10,539 nt of DNA from Bdellovibrionia bacterium (GCA_045805065.1 JBJMMA010000070.1:1-10539), one strand, 5' to 3'; shown: positions 1 through 8,360, numbered from the stretch's first letter. Program-made: numbers and translations. Notes: generated by a model not told the origin, from the sequence alone.

Positions 1-2
1 AT

Positions 3-365
3 CCTGACGAAGTGATTGCCGATTGGAAGGCCGAGCCGCATCATGAGGCATTCCCTGGGATGCTCAATGGCGGAATCATCGGCGCGCTCCTGGATTGCCA
101 TTCGAACTGGACGGCAGCGTATCATTTGATGAAAAAGGCAGGCCTCGAATCTCCTCCGTGCACGGTGACTGCGGATTACTCAATCCAGCTCAAAAGGCCG
201 ACGCCTACGGATGGAATCATTCATCTCTCCGCCCATGTTGTGGATTCAAAGGACGATCGCGCAACCATTGAAGCAACTCTGACTGCCGGTGGAAAGGTCT
301 GTGCGACTTGCCGCGGAACTTTTGTCGCAGTGAAGCCTGGGCACCCGGCTTATCATCGCTGGTAA
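3..365 (+). CDS. PaaI-family (hotdog-fold) thioesterase, probably 5'-truncated by the window edge
   Basis: The frame is open from the window start (CCT GAC GAA GTG...). HHEAFPGMLNGGIIGALLDCH resembles the PaaI active-site helix motif (normally HGG...D), followed by VTADYSIQLKRPTP and terminal strands KVCATCRGTFVAV. Stop TAA at 363-365. Confidence 0.85.
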   Translation, partial: PDEVIADWKAEPHHEAFPGMLNGGIIGALLDCHSNWTAAYHLMKKAGLESPPCTVTADYSIQLKRPTPTDGIIHLSAHVVDSKDDRATIEATLTAGGKVCATCRGTFVAVKPGHPAYHRW

Positions 366-395
366 GGCCTGCTCAAGGCGAGTCCTTGCGCCGCT

Positions 396-410
396 CCGCT
401 CGGCGAGCGG
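396..410. promoter_or_regulatory. 15-bp inverted repeat CCGCTCG-G-CGAGCGG (operator or GC hairpin after the thioesterase)
   Basis: Perfect 7-bp arms in the 366-470 intergenic region. There is no U-tract after it on the + strand, so it is not a canonical intrinsic terminator for the upstream gene. Confidence 0.3.
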
Positions 411-421
411 GTATAAAACTT

Positions 422-431
422 GTAACGTTAC
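422..431. promoter_or_regulatory. Perfect palindrome GTAACGTTAC, candidate repressor operator of the efflux operon
   Basis: 10-bp palindrome 40 bp upstream of the first adaptor start, next to the AT-rich GTATAAAACT. Function is inferred only. Confidence 0.3.
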
Positions 432-470
432 GCGCGCTCTCATTTGTGAGTCCGTTATAAGGAGAGGCGC

Positions 471-1382
471 GTGCGGCGTATTTGGCGGTATTGCAAACAT
501 CTTTGCCAAAGGCTCTGGAGAACCGATAAGCCAGTACTTTTTGCCGCGCTCATCAGCTGCGTGGTGCTGATAGGCGTCGCGAATTTCCTCGTCCGGCAAG
601 TTCTCTGGATTGAGAGCGATGATGCGCTTGTTCAAGGGGATTTTGCGACCCTGGGCGCGCCTATTCATGGGATTATTCAACAAGTATTGGTGAAGGATTT
701 CCAGAGAGTCAAACGCGGCCAGGTACTCTGTAAAATGGATGCCCGCGAGAGACGTCTTGCATTGTCTCAAGCGCAAGAACGGATGAAAGCCTCCTTTGCG
801 GTTTACGACAGAGCAAGGCGGGACTTTGAAAGAACGCAGGCGCTTCGCAAAAGCGGTGCGGTATCGGCACAAGCCTTTGATCGTGCCCGCTCTCAATTTG
901 GAAGCCTCGAGAAGCGATATCGTGCTGACGAAGCGCAAGTGGAAGCCGAGAAAGTCAACCTTGGATACACCGAAGTGACTGCACCTGAGGATGGGATCGT
1001 CGCCATCCGATCAGCACAAGCAGGAATGGTCGTGAAAAAAGGCGCGCCGCTTTTCGGAATTGTCTATCCAGAGCGAAAATGGGTTATCGCGAAGCTCAAA
1101 GAGACCGACCTGTCCGACCTGAGAGTCGGAGAGAAGGTCGATGTCACGATCGATGCGATCCCGGGCCGAACGTTTGAGGGGAGAGTGGATAGCCTTTCTT
1201 CTTCAACTGAAGGTCAGTTTGCAGCAGTGCCGCCTGATTTTGCCGCGGGGAATTTTACAAAGTACGTTCAAAGAGTTCCCGTGAAAATCACGTTTGAGCC
1301 TCTGAGCGATCAGGATCGGAATCTCATCAGGCTGGGCTTGTCCGCTGACGTTCAAATTCGCAGAAGGGACAGGACGTCATGA
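471..1382 (+). CDS. HlyD/EmrA-family periplasmic adaptor (membrane fusion protein) 1
   Basis: N-terminal TM segment VLFAALISCVVLIGVANFLV; SDDALVQG; lipoyl half-motifs VLVKDFQRVKRGQVL and TEVTAPEDGIV; EmrA signature GNFTKYVQRVPVKI. GTG start preceded by AAGGAGAGG. Confidence 0.92.
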   Translation: MRRIWRYCKHLCQRLWRTDKPVLFAALISCVVLIGVANFLVRQVLWIESDDALVQGDFATLGAPIHGIIQQVLVKDFQRVKRGQVLCKMDARERRLALSQAQERMKASFAVYDRARRDFERTQALRKSGAVSAQAFDRARSQFGSLEKRYRADEAQVEAEKVNLGYTEVTAPEDGIVAIRSAQAGMVVKKGAPLFGIVYPERKWVIAKLKETDLSDLRVGEKVDVTIDAIPGRTFEGRVDSLSSSTEGQFAAVPPDFAAGNFTKYVQRVPVKITFEPLSDQDRNLIRLGLSADVQIRRRDRTS

Positions 1383-2962
1383 CCCAGGAGCATCCCCAGG
1401 GTAGCGCTGCTTCCGCATCTTTCATTATCGTCATGACCGCCGTCATGGCATCGCTGCTTGAGATAATCGATACATCGATCGTGAATGTCGCAATCCCTCA
1501 TATGCAGGGAAATTTAGGTGTGACGATTCAAGAAATTACTTGGGTTTCAACGGGCTACATCATCTCCAATGCAGTGGTCCTTCCGATCGCGGCATGGCTT
1601 GCCGCAAAGATCGGTCGTAAAAAATATTATACCGCCTGCATTCTGCTGTTCACTTTGACATCGGTACTTTGCGGGATCGCACCCAATTTTTACTTCCTGG
1701 TCTTTGCTCGTGTGCTGCAAGGAATCGCAGGGGGAGCGCTGCTTCCAACTTCTCAATCCATCATTCAGGAGCAATTCCCTGGAGAGAAGTCCGGGATCGG
1801 AAGCGCCATCTATGGGGTGAGCGTCATGGTGGGCCCAGCCATTGGTCCAACCCTGGGGGGCTATCTTACCGATAACTATGATTGGCGCGCGATCTTCTTT
1901 ATCAACCTTCCGGTGGGATTGGTTGCGACCGCGCTCTCCTATTTCTATATCGATGATTTACATTCGCGTCAGTCCGAGGAAGCAAAGAGCGAAAGGATCG
2001 ATTGGATGGGTTTTACGCTTTTGATTATCGGCATCGGCGGGCTTCAATACGCGCTGGAGCGCGGGCAGGCTGAAGACTGGTTCAGTTCGATGGCAATCCT
2101 GGCTGCGGCAGTATTGGCAGGGCTTGCGATCCCGATTTTTTACGCTTGGGAATATCATCAGAAGCATCCGATTGTGGACGTCAGGCTCTTTCGTGAATCC
2201 TCGGTTCGCGGTGGCTCGCTTCTCATGGCGCTCACGGGGATGATCCTTTATGCCGTTATTTTTCTCATTCCGATCTATACCGATATAGCGCTCGGGATGG
2301 ATGCCACGCATACGGGATATCTCTACATCCCCGGGTCGCTGGCTACCATGGCCACCATGCCGTTTGTTGGGCGTTTCCTCGCAAAATATGGCCCAAAACC
2401 CTTTATTGCCTTCGGTGTCCTGATGGTCCTGATCAGTCTGCACCAGCTCTCAACGTTCACTCCTCAGGCAGGGGCTGGAGACATTGTGAGAGCGTTCATT
2501 GTTCGCGGCGTCGGGCTGGGTTGCATCTTTGTGCCCATTAACGCCATGGTTCTGGGCCAGTTCAAAGGCGAGCAGCTGGGGCAAGTCGCGGGGCTTTTGA
2601 ATCTGTCGCGACAGATCGGCGGCAGTATTGGGATTGCCGCGATGTCGACTTATCTCGATCGTTTCAGCGCTCAATATCGAAATGATCTGAGGGCTCACGT
2701 GACTACGGCGAGCACGACCGCGTGGAAGCATTTGAATCAGGCCCAAGGCTCCCTCGATAACGCGTTGAGCGGAGCCGTGGGACTTGATGCAGGATCTCTT
2801 GGGGGTTTGAGAAGCCTGATGGGTCAAATGGAGCAGCAGGTCTTTCAGCTCTCGTTCAATCGACTGATGTTTATTTTGCTCGTCGCGTACGCAATTTCAT
2901 ATATTCCGCTCTTTACCTTGAAGATGAAGCAGAAGGTAACCGGGCCCGTCATGATGGAGTGA
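1379..2962 (+). CDS. emrB: DHA2-family (EmrB/QacA) 14-TMS MFS efflux transporter
   Basis: 527 aa and highly hydrophobic. Motifs: IDTSIVNVAIP (D1), KIGRKK (A), ARVLQGIAGG (B), GPAIGPTLGGYL (C), WRAIFFINLPVG (H), RQIGGSIGIA, plus a large loop before the last TM. ATGA overlap with the upstream gene. Confidence 0.95.
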   Translation: MTQEHPQGSAASASFIIVMTAVMASLLEIIDTSIVNVAIPHMQGNLGVTIQEITWVSTGYIISNAVVLPIAAWLAAKIGRKKYYTACILLFTLTSVLCGIAPNFYFLVFARVLQGIAGGALLPTSQSIIQEQFPGEKSGIGSAIYGVSVMVGPAIGPTLGGYLTDNYDWRAIFFINLPVGLVATALSYFYIDDLHSRQSEEAKSERIDWMGFTLLIIGIGGLQYALERGQAEDWFSSMAILAAAVLAGLAIPIFYAWEYHQKHPIVDVRLFRESSVRGGSLLMALTGMILYAVIFLIPIYTDIALGMDATHTGYLYIPGSLATMATMPFVGRFLAKYGPKPFIAFGVLMVLISLHQLSTFTPQAGAGDIVRAFIVRGVGLGCIFVPINAMVLGQFKGEQLGQVAGLLNLSRQIGGSIGIAAMSTYLDRFSAQYRNDLRAHVTTASTTAWKHLNQAQGSLDNALSGAVGLDAGSLGGLRSLMGQMEQQVFQLSFNRLMFILLVAYAISYIPLFTLKMKQKVTGPVMME

Positions 2963-2964
2963 CA

Positions 2965-3903
2965 ATGAATCGGAAGCTCTTCATAGTTGTCGTCGTTATT
3001 TTGTTTCTCACCGCGGCCGGATATTTTGGATACAGGCGCTATACCTATGTATCCACCGATGATGCGTATGTTCAGGCTCACACGGCGATGCTTGCGCCGA
3101 AAGTCGGAGGCGTGGTGAATCAGGTCCTCGTCGAAGAACATCAGAAAGTGAAGGCCGGCCAGGTTCTGGTTGCGCTTGAAGACAAGGACTATCGCGCGGC
3201 GCTAGCCAATGCCGAAGCCAACCTGGGCGCGCTCACGGCTCAATACGTTTCTTCCAAAGCCGACTTTCAGCGAAGTGAGTCTTTGGTGCGACAAAAGGCC
3301 ATCTCACGCCAGGCTTATGATCATGCTCGTGCAGCTTTTCAGGACATTGATCGAAGGGTGAAAGCGGCACAGGCGGCAGTGGATCAGGCAAGATTGAATC
3401 TTGAGTACACTCGTCTTCGTGCGCCGACGGATGGATTCATTGCCAGAAAATCCGTCGAGGTCGGAACGTATGCAGGATCGGGAAGTTCGCTTCTGGGCTT
3501 TGTTCAGGATGATGAGCGCTGGGTCATCGCTAACTTCAAGGAAACCGATCTTCCATCGATTGAAATCGGAAAGAAGGTAAGAGTCTCGGTCGATGCCATT
3601 GATGACCGGGACTTTCAGGGATTGGTTGAGAGCATCAGTCCATCCACTGGAGCTACCTTCACATTGTTTCCTCCCGAAAACGCGACAGGAAACTTCACGA
3701 AAGTCGTGCAACGCGTTCCCGTTCGCATTCACTTGAAGGATTTGCGTCCTGAGGACTTTGATCGGTTACAGGCAGGACTATCCGCGGTAGTCGATGTCTA
3801 TAAGCATTCAAAGCCTCAGCCGCTGCCGCCTTACCCAAATCCTGAGTACATTTCGCAGCAAGCAGGGAGTTTGCCTCCCGTACAGGAAAAGGCCTCACAT
3901 TAA
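2965..3903 (+). CDS. emrA: HlyD/EmrA-family periplasmic adaptor 2
   Basis: TM anchor LFIVVVVILFLTAAGYFGY; YVSTDDAYVQAH; APKVGGVV; LRAPTDG; WVIANFKETDL; PPENATGNFTKVVQRVPVRI. ATG 2965 lies 5 nt after GGAG (2956-2959); an alternative GTG at 2959 overlaps the emrB stop. Confidence 0.93.
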   Translation: MNRKLFIVVVVILFLTAAGYFGYRRYTYVSTDDAYVQAHTAMLAPKVGGVVNQVLVEEHQKVKAGQVLVALEDKDYRAALANAEANLGALTAQYVSSKADFQRSESLVRQKAISRQAYDHARAAFQDIDRRVKAAQAAVDQARLNLEYTRLRAPTDGFIARKSVEVGTYAGSGSSLLGFVQDDERWVIANFKETDLPSIEIGKKVRVSVDAIDDRDFQGLVESISPSTGATFTLFPPENATGNFTKVVQRVPVRIHLKDLRPEDFDRLQAGLSAVVDVYKHSKPQPLPPYPNPEYISQQAGSLPPVQEKASH

Positions 3904-4877
3904 AGGGCAGGTTCTTCGATCGAGATGAATTCGAGCGCGGTCTCGAGGTTCATCACTCTGCAACCTGATTCAGGCAGAGTGTGGGCGCTTTCAACCAGAA
4001 TTCTTCGGATCTCATCGGGTTTGAGGCTGCTGTTCTGCTGAAGAAGGAGCGCGGCAGCTCCCGATACCATGGCGGTTGCAGCAGAAGTTCCGCTGAACAT
4101 GGCCCAGCCTGGAACATTCGGAACGGCGTTCTGCTTGGCAAGTTTGGCTTTCGGGGGGACAGGGACCAGAAGGAGTCTTCCATGCGGGCGATTTCCAGCA
4201 ATCCCGCAGATATCCGGAACCTGACGATCCGGAAAGATCTTACTGACAAAGCGTGAGCTCACGTCCGAAGGCTCAAACTCTCCATTGGGTGAGTAGAAGA
4301 CGGCGCCTGCTGAGATCACTTCAGGCATGTTGCCCGGAAAGCAGCGTTGTCCGTTTCCCGCCGCGGCCACAACACAGACGCCGCTATCGATCACGCGCTG
4401 TAAAAGGCGATGAAGTTTATGAAACTCCTGAGGCAGCGAGCGGCTCCTGCTTTGGTCAATGTTGAATCCCCATGCGCAATTGAGAATATGCGGCTCAACT
4501 TCCAGAGCCTTGCGAATGGCGTAAGAGGGATCCTTGTCCAGGCACTTGATGGCATGAACTTCGACTTCGGGGGCGACGGTCAGCAGGCTTGCAAGCATCG
4601 CCGTGCCGTGTCCGTAGACGTCGACATGAGGCTCGGGCTCCTTACGGGTCGCGATTCTCCGGATGTCATAGGGTTTAAGATCGTAGAATGGATGCTGATA
4701 GAAACCAGAGTCGATGACAGCGACGCGGATCTTCTTGCCTGTGATCCCGCGCTCATGAGCGGTATGTGCTCCCAGGATCTTTGCAAGCTGATCAGGGAGT
4801 CTGACGTGATGCTCTCCGATCTCCAGAGGAGGGACAGGCAAAGGCGAATTCTCTGGAGAGGTGGTTTTCCCGAACAT
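3900..4877 (-). CDS. S8-family (subtilisin-like) serine peptidase, no signal peptide
   Basis: Catalytic motifs in the expected order: VAVIDSG (D56), GHGT (H90), AAAGNG (oxyanion N175), FSGTSAATAMVSGAAALL (S265). Confidence 0.92.
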   Translation of the reverse strand: MFGKTTSPENSPLPVPPLEIGEHHVRLPDQLAKILGAHTAHERGITGKKIRVAVIDSGFYQHPFYDLKPYDIRRIATRKEPEPHVDVYGHGTAMLASLLTVAPEVEVHAIKCLDKDPSYAIRKALEVEPHILNCAWGFNIDQSRSRSLPQEFHKLHRLLQRVIDSGVCVVAAAGNGQRCFPGNMPEVISAGAVFYSPNGEFEPSDVSSRFVSKIFPDRQVPDICGIAGNRPHGRLLLVPVPPKAKLAKQNAVPNVPGWAMFSGTSAATAMVSGAAALLLQQNSSLKPDEIRRILVESAHTLPESGCRVMNLETALEFISIEEPAL

Positions 4878-4963
4878 CGTTATTTATTCAGCATTTATTC
4901 TACAGACAAAATGTATTGAATAAGAGTAACCGGAAAACGAATGGGGTCCAAAGAATTTTTACT

Positions 4964-5809
4964 TCAATCTGTCGAGATGGGTGGTGAAATCTGCTTCTCG
5001 TTCGGTCCCGGATCGAGCCGCTTCTGCAAGGTGGCGGAGAGCGCCGCACCCGCCAGGATCATGAGCCAGATCAGATAAATCCAGAAAAGCAGGATGGGAA
5101 CCGCAGCCAGGCTTCCATAGATCTTGTTGTAGGAGGCATAGCGATCCACGTAAAGATTGAAACCCAGTCGTGTGAGGCTCCAAATTACGGCGCTCCAGAA
5201 ACCCGAAATGAGCGCAAACTTCCATCGCACCATTGTGTTCGGAACAAATTTATAGACCAGGGTGAGCAGGCAAGCGGCCAGTGCGAAGGCTCCGCTCCAG
5301 GTCGGAAGAAGTCTCGTGAGAGGCAGTTTCTCGGAGGTCGCAATCCCAAGTCCCACAGAAAGCGCGAGCGGCCCTAGCGTAATGAAGAGCCAGTAGGATG
5401 CGATTCGATGAAACAAAGATCTCGTATTTTCGACTTTCCAGATGCGATTAAAGGTGTTCTCAATGCTGAGCATGAGGCTCATGCTGGTGAAAACAAGGCC
5501 CAGAAATCCACCTGCTCCGATCGTGCCCACGCTGACATTATTGATGAGGCCTCTGAGCTTTTGCATGACGTCTTCGCTGGTGCCTTCAGAGAGGTTTGAC
5601 AAAATGAAAGGCTCGAGAGTCTCATAAAGCTTCTCCAGTCCTCCGAAAGCGCGAAAAATGACAAAGCTCAGCGCAAGAACAGGAATCAGCGAAAGGATCG
5701 TCGTATAGGCCAGACTGGATGCCGTGATAAACAGCTGCGCATCGTTGATCACGAATTGCGTGTCTTTGAGAATCTGTTTTGCCTTTAGATAAGCTTTCGC
5801 TGCGGTCAT
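4964..5809 (-). CDS. YihY/virulence factor BrkB family inner-membrane protein
   Basis: ASSLAYTTILSLIP, IENTFNRIWKV, LVYKFVPN and YNKIYGSLAAVPILLFWIYLIWLMILAGA are characteristic YihY motifs; about 6 TM segments; GGAG 9 nt before the ATG. Confidence 0.92.
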   Translation of the reverse strand: MTAAKAYLKAKQILKDTQFVINDAQLFITASSLAYTTILSLIPVLALSFVIFRAFGGLEKLYETLEPFILSNLSEGTSEDVMQKLRGLINNVSVGTIGAGGFLGLVFTSMSLMLSIENTFNRIWKVENTRSLFHRIASYWLFITLGPLALSVGLGIATSEKLPLTRLLPTWSGAFALAACLLTLVYKFVPNTMVRWKFALISGFWSAVIWSLTRLGFNLYVDRYASYNKIYGSLAAVPILLFWIYLIWLMILAGAALSATLQKRLDPGPNEKQISPPISTD

Positions 5810-5812
5810 GGT

Positions 5813-7003
5813 TCAAGGCTCCGATTTCAGAAGAGCGCGATAGTTCTTCAGCGACTTGCGGAAGTCCTGATGACGCTTGTCCCACGGGCGGTTCCAAGGC
5901 TGCTTCGGAAGAAGGATTGCTTTGCAAAGCTCAAGCAGGCCCTGCACGTCATCCAGATGAACAAATTCAGGTGCAGGTCCAAGAGCTGCGCGCGAGTCCG
6001 GGCCTCCCTCAAAACATTGGTTATGGTAATTTCCGAGAGGAACGGAGATTCCGATCGCAGGAATTCCAAAGACCGTTGCGGCCGTCGCCTCACAGCTTCC
6101 TCCGTCCATGATCCGGCGCTGATGCTTTCCCGGAAGAACCTTCTCGGCAAGCTCCGTGAACACGCGAAGTTTTCCGGCATCAAAAACCGTGTAACGATCG
6201 CCCAGACGAACCACGGGGCCTTTTCCAAACTCAGCACCTGGAAGTGTGCGTGAGGTCTCCAGGCTTACAGCCATCAGTGTGCGACGTGTTTTGTCGAGCC
6301 ATCCGAGATTCAGATGAGCGATCGCTCCGATAAAGCCCACTTCTTCAGCGCGGGTGAGAAGTCCCAAGAAGGAAGTGTTCTTTGCTGTCTTTTTACCTTT
6401 CTTCTTTCCAAATAAATCAAGCGCAGTGGAGACGATGGCAAAGCATCCCACAAGATCATCGGCTGCTTTGGTGTAAAGAAGATCGCCCTCTTGCCAGACC
6501 GGAGCACGAAAACCAAAACCTCCAAAAATCTCTGATCCTTTTGGAAAGCGTTTTTGAATTTCTGCAGCCGAAGCATCATCGAATTGAACTTCGCCTGAAA
6601 CGATCATTCTTCCTGACTCATGTAGGACCGCGTGGGTAAAAAGCCCGGACGCCTGCCAGCCGGAGCGATCTGCCACCCAGACTTTCGCGCCTTCTAGATC
6701 AGCAGTCGGGGAGCCTCCGTGCCACTTCACTTGAAGGCTTCCGCTTTTGGTCCAACTCTCGCCATGAAAACCCGGGTGATCCATGTGCGCGATGAAGATT
6801 CTCAAAGGCTCATCAGTCTTTTGCTGGAGAAGTGAGCGGTATTCTTTTTGGTTTGCAACGCCCAGAACAAGATTTCCCGCTGGGTCTTGAAAGTGAGGAA
6901 CGCCTGCCTCTTCTAACACGCCTGTCAAAAGGGAGATCACATGCCCTTCGCGGAATGGGGAGGTGGGTTGGCTTAGAATTTGATCAAGAAGAGTTCTTTT
7001 CAT
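5813..7003 (-). CDS. M42/M20-like (clan MH) metallopeptidase/hydrolase
   Basis: Metal-ligand motifs AHMDHPG, KAADDLVG, RAEEVGFIGA, SLETS, GGSCEA and SVPLGNYHN. The N-terminus LLDQILSQPTSPFREGHV fits the usual first helix, so the start is ATG 7003 (or 7012), not 7147. Confidence 0.85.
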   Translation of the reverse strand: MKRTLLDQILSQPTSPFREGHVISLLTGVLEEAGVPHFQDPAGNLVLGVANQKEYRSLLQQKTDEPLRIFIAHMDHPGFHGESWTKSGSLQVKWHGGSPTADLEGAKVWVADRSGWQASGLFTHAVLHESGRMIVSGEVQFDDASAAEIQKRFPKGSEIFGGFGFRAPVWQEGDLLYTKAADDLVGCFAIVSTALDLFGKKKGKKTAKNTSFLGLLTRAEEVGFIGAIAHLNLGWLDKTRRTLMAVSLETSRTLPGAEFGKGPVVRLGDRYTVFDAGKLRVFTELAEKVLPGKHQRRIMDGGSCEATAATVFGIPAIGISVPLGNYHNQCFEGGPDSRAALGPAPEFVHLDDVQGLLELCKAILLPKQPWNRPWDKRHQDFRKSLKNYRALLKSEP

Positions 7004-7033
7004 CGATCCCATACTAATTGAGATACCGCAAAA

Positions 7034-8323
7034 ATGAAAACTCCGCATGTAGTCATCGTAGGCGCAGGATTTGGTGGGTTGAACGTTGCTAAGGCATTGC
7101 GAAAAGCCCCGGTCCGCGTCACCGTGATCGACCAGAACAATTTTCACCTTTTCCAGCCGCTTCTCTATCAGGTCGCAACGGCTGGGCTATCTCCTGCCGA
7201 TATTGCCGTCCCGATTCGGTCCATATTGCGCAAGCAGTCGAACACGGAAGTCCTGCTCGACGAAGTCGTAGGCATTGACGCGAGCAAGAATCTGGTTCTT
7301 TTGAACAACCGCGGCATCCCTTATGACTACCTCGTGTTGGCGACTGGATCGAGCTACACCTATTTTGGACATGATCGCTGGGCGATGTACACGTCGGGAT
7401 TGAAAACTATCAGTGACGCAACGCGAATTCGTCGACAGATTCTCAGTGCCTTTGAGGCGGCGGAACAGGAAGCATCACCTGATGTCCGCGCTTCTATGCT
7501 CCGAATTGCGATCGTGGGCGGTGGGCCTACGGGCGTGGAGCTCGCTGGGGCCATTGCCGAACTTGCTTACCGCGCGATAGCAAAAGACTTCAGGCATATT
7601 GATCCGCAAGAGACCGAGATCATCCTGATTGAGGCAGGTCCGAGAATTCTCGCGAATCTCTCTCCTGAGCTTTCCGAAGCGGCATCCAAGGAATTGAAGC
7701 ACTTAGGAGTTAAAGTAAAAACGGGCGCTCGAGTGCAGGACATTGACCCCATGGGGGTCACGCTTCAGAACGAGCGCATTGAGACCCGCACCGTGATCTG
7801 GGCGGCTGGCGTGGTCAGCTCGCCGGCTGGAAAATGGCTTGGCGCTCAGATGGACCGGCAGGGCAAAGTCATCGTGACCAAGGATTTAAGTGTCCCTGGT
7901 CATCCTAACGTCTTTGTCATCGGTGACTGCAGTCACTATGAGCAGGACGGTAAACCTCTTCCGGGTGTCGCACCGGTTGCGATGCAGATGGGGAAATACG
8001 TCGCGGATGTCATTCGCTTGCGCACGCAGGGCTCGATTGATGGCGATGATACTCCGGCCTTTCACTATTGGGATAAAGGAAATCTTGCCACGGTAGGGCG
8101 GCGATTTGCTGTCGCAGACATTGGCCGGTTCAAACTCACGGGTGTGACTGCCTGGCTGACCTGGCTGGTGGTTCACGTGTTCTACCTGATCGGCTTCAGA
8201 AACCGCGTTGCGGTCATCCTTCAATGGATCTGGATGTATGTCACGTTCGGCCGCGGTGCGCGCTTGATCGTGCCTCCTGAGCCGCACATGCAAGAGCCTG
8301 AGCGAGTCTCACGCTCCGCATAA
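7034..8323 (+). CDS. ndh: Type II NADH:quinone oxidoreductase (NDH-2) / FAD-dependent oxidoreductase
   Basis: VVIVGAGFGG (FAD), FQPLLYQVATAGL, YDYLVLATGS, IVGGGPTGVELAG with ILIEAG (NADH-type), IWAAGV, VFVIGD, APVAMQ, YWDKGNLATVGR, and C-terminal membrane helices WLTWLVVHVFYLIGFRNR. Confidence 0.93.
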   Translation: MKTPHVVIVGAGFGGLNVAKALRKAPVRVTVIDQNNFHLFQPLLYQVATAGLSPADIAVPIRSILRKQSNTEVLLDEVVGIDASKNLVLLNNRGIPYDYLVLATGSSYTYFGHDRWAMYTSGLKTISDATRIRRQILSAFEAAEQEASPDVRASMLRIAIVGGGPTGVELAGAIAELAYRAIAKDFRHIDPQETEIILIEAGPRILANLSPELSEAASKELKHLGVKVKTGARVQDIDPMGVTLQNERIETRTVIWAAGVVSSPAGKWLGAQMDRQGKVIVTKDLSVPGHPNVFVIGDCSHYEQDGKPLPGVAPVAMQMGKYVADVIRLRTQGSIDGDDTPAFHYWDKGNLATVGRRFAVADIGRFKLTGVTAWLTWLVVHVFYLIGFRNRVAVILQWIWMYVTFGRGARLIVPPEPHMQEPERVSRSA

Positions 8324-8327
8324 GGTA

Positions 8328-8344
8328 CAGGCATATTCATTGCT
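8328..8344 (+). promoter_or_regulatory. Putative sigma-54 (-24/-12) promoter CAGGCATATTCATTGCT
   Basis: GG at 8330-8331, exactly 10 nt, GC at 8342-8343; matches the GGCA...TTGCW consensus and fills most of the short intergenic gap. Confidence 0.6.
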
Positions 8345-8360
8345 CTGAAAAATGACGGTT

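Noticed and set aside
246..938. 230-aa minus-strand ORF and the other antisense or alternate-frame ORFs (e.g. 1958-2443, 3304-3732, 4410-4919, 5870-6253, 7886-8293, 9931-10368)
   Set aside because: They overlap well-supported genes and show no recognisable motifs, as expected for shadow ORFs.
3900..4877. S8 protease as part of a defence or toxin-antitoxin system (e.g. with an AAA ATPase)
   Set aside because: There is no partner ATPase or effector nearby and the protein is only a bare catalytic domain.
7004..7147. ORF-track N-terminal extension of the peptidase (start 7147) overlapping ndh by 114 bp
   Set aside because: The extension is the antisense of the conserved ndh FAD-binding motif and is not protein-like; family resemblance begins at MKRTLLDQIL.
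7969..7989. APVAMQ in place of the AQxAxQ quinone-site motif of NDH-2
   Set aside because: To my knowledge this variant is common among NDH-2 homologues, so it is not evidence of novelty.
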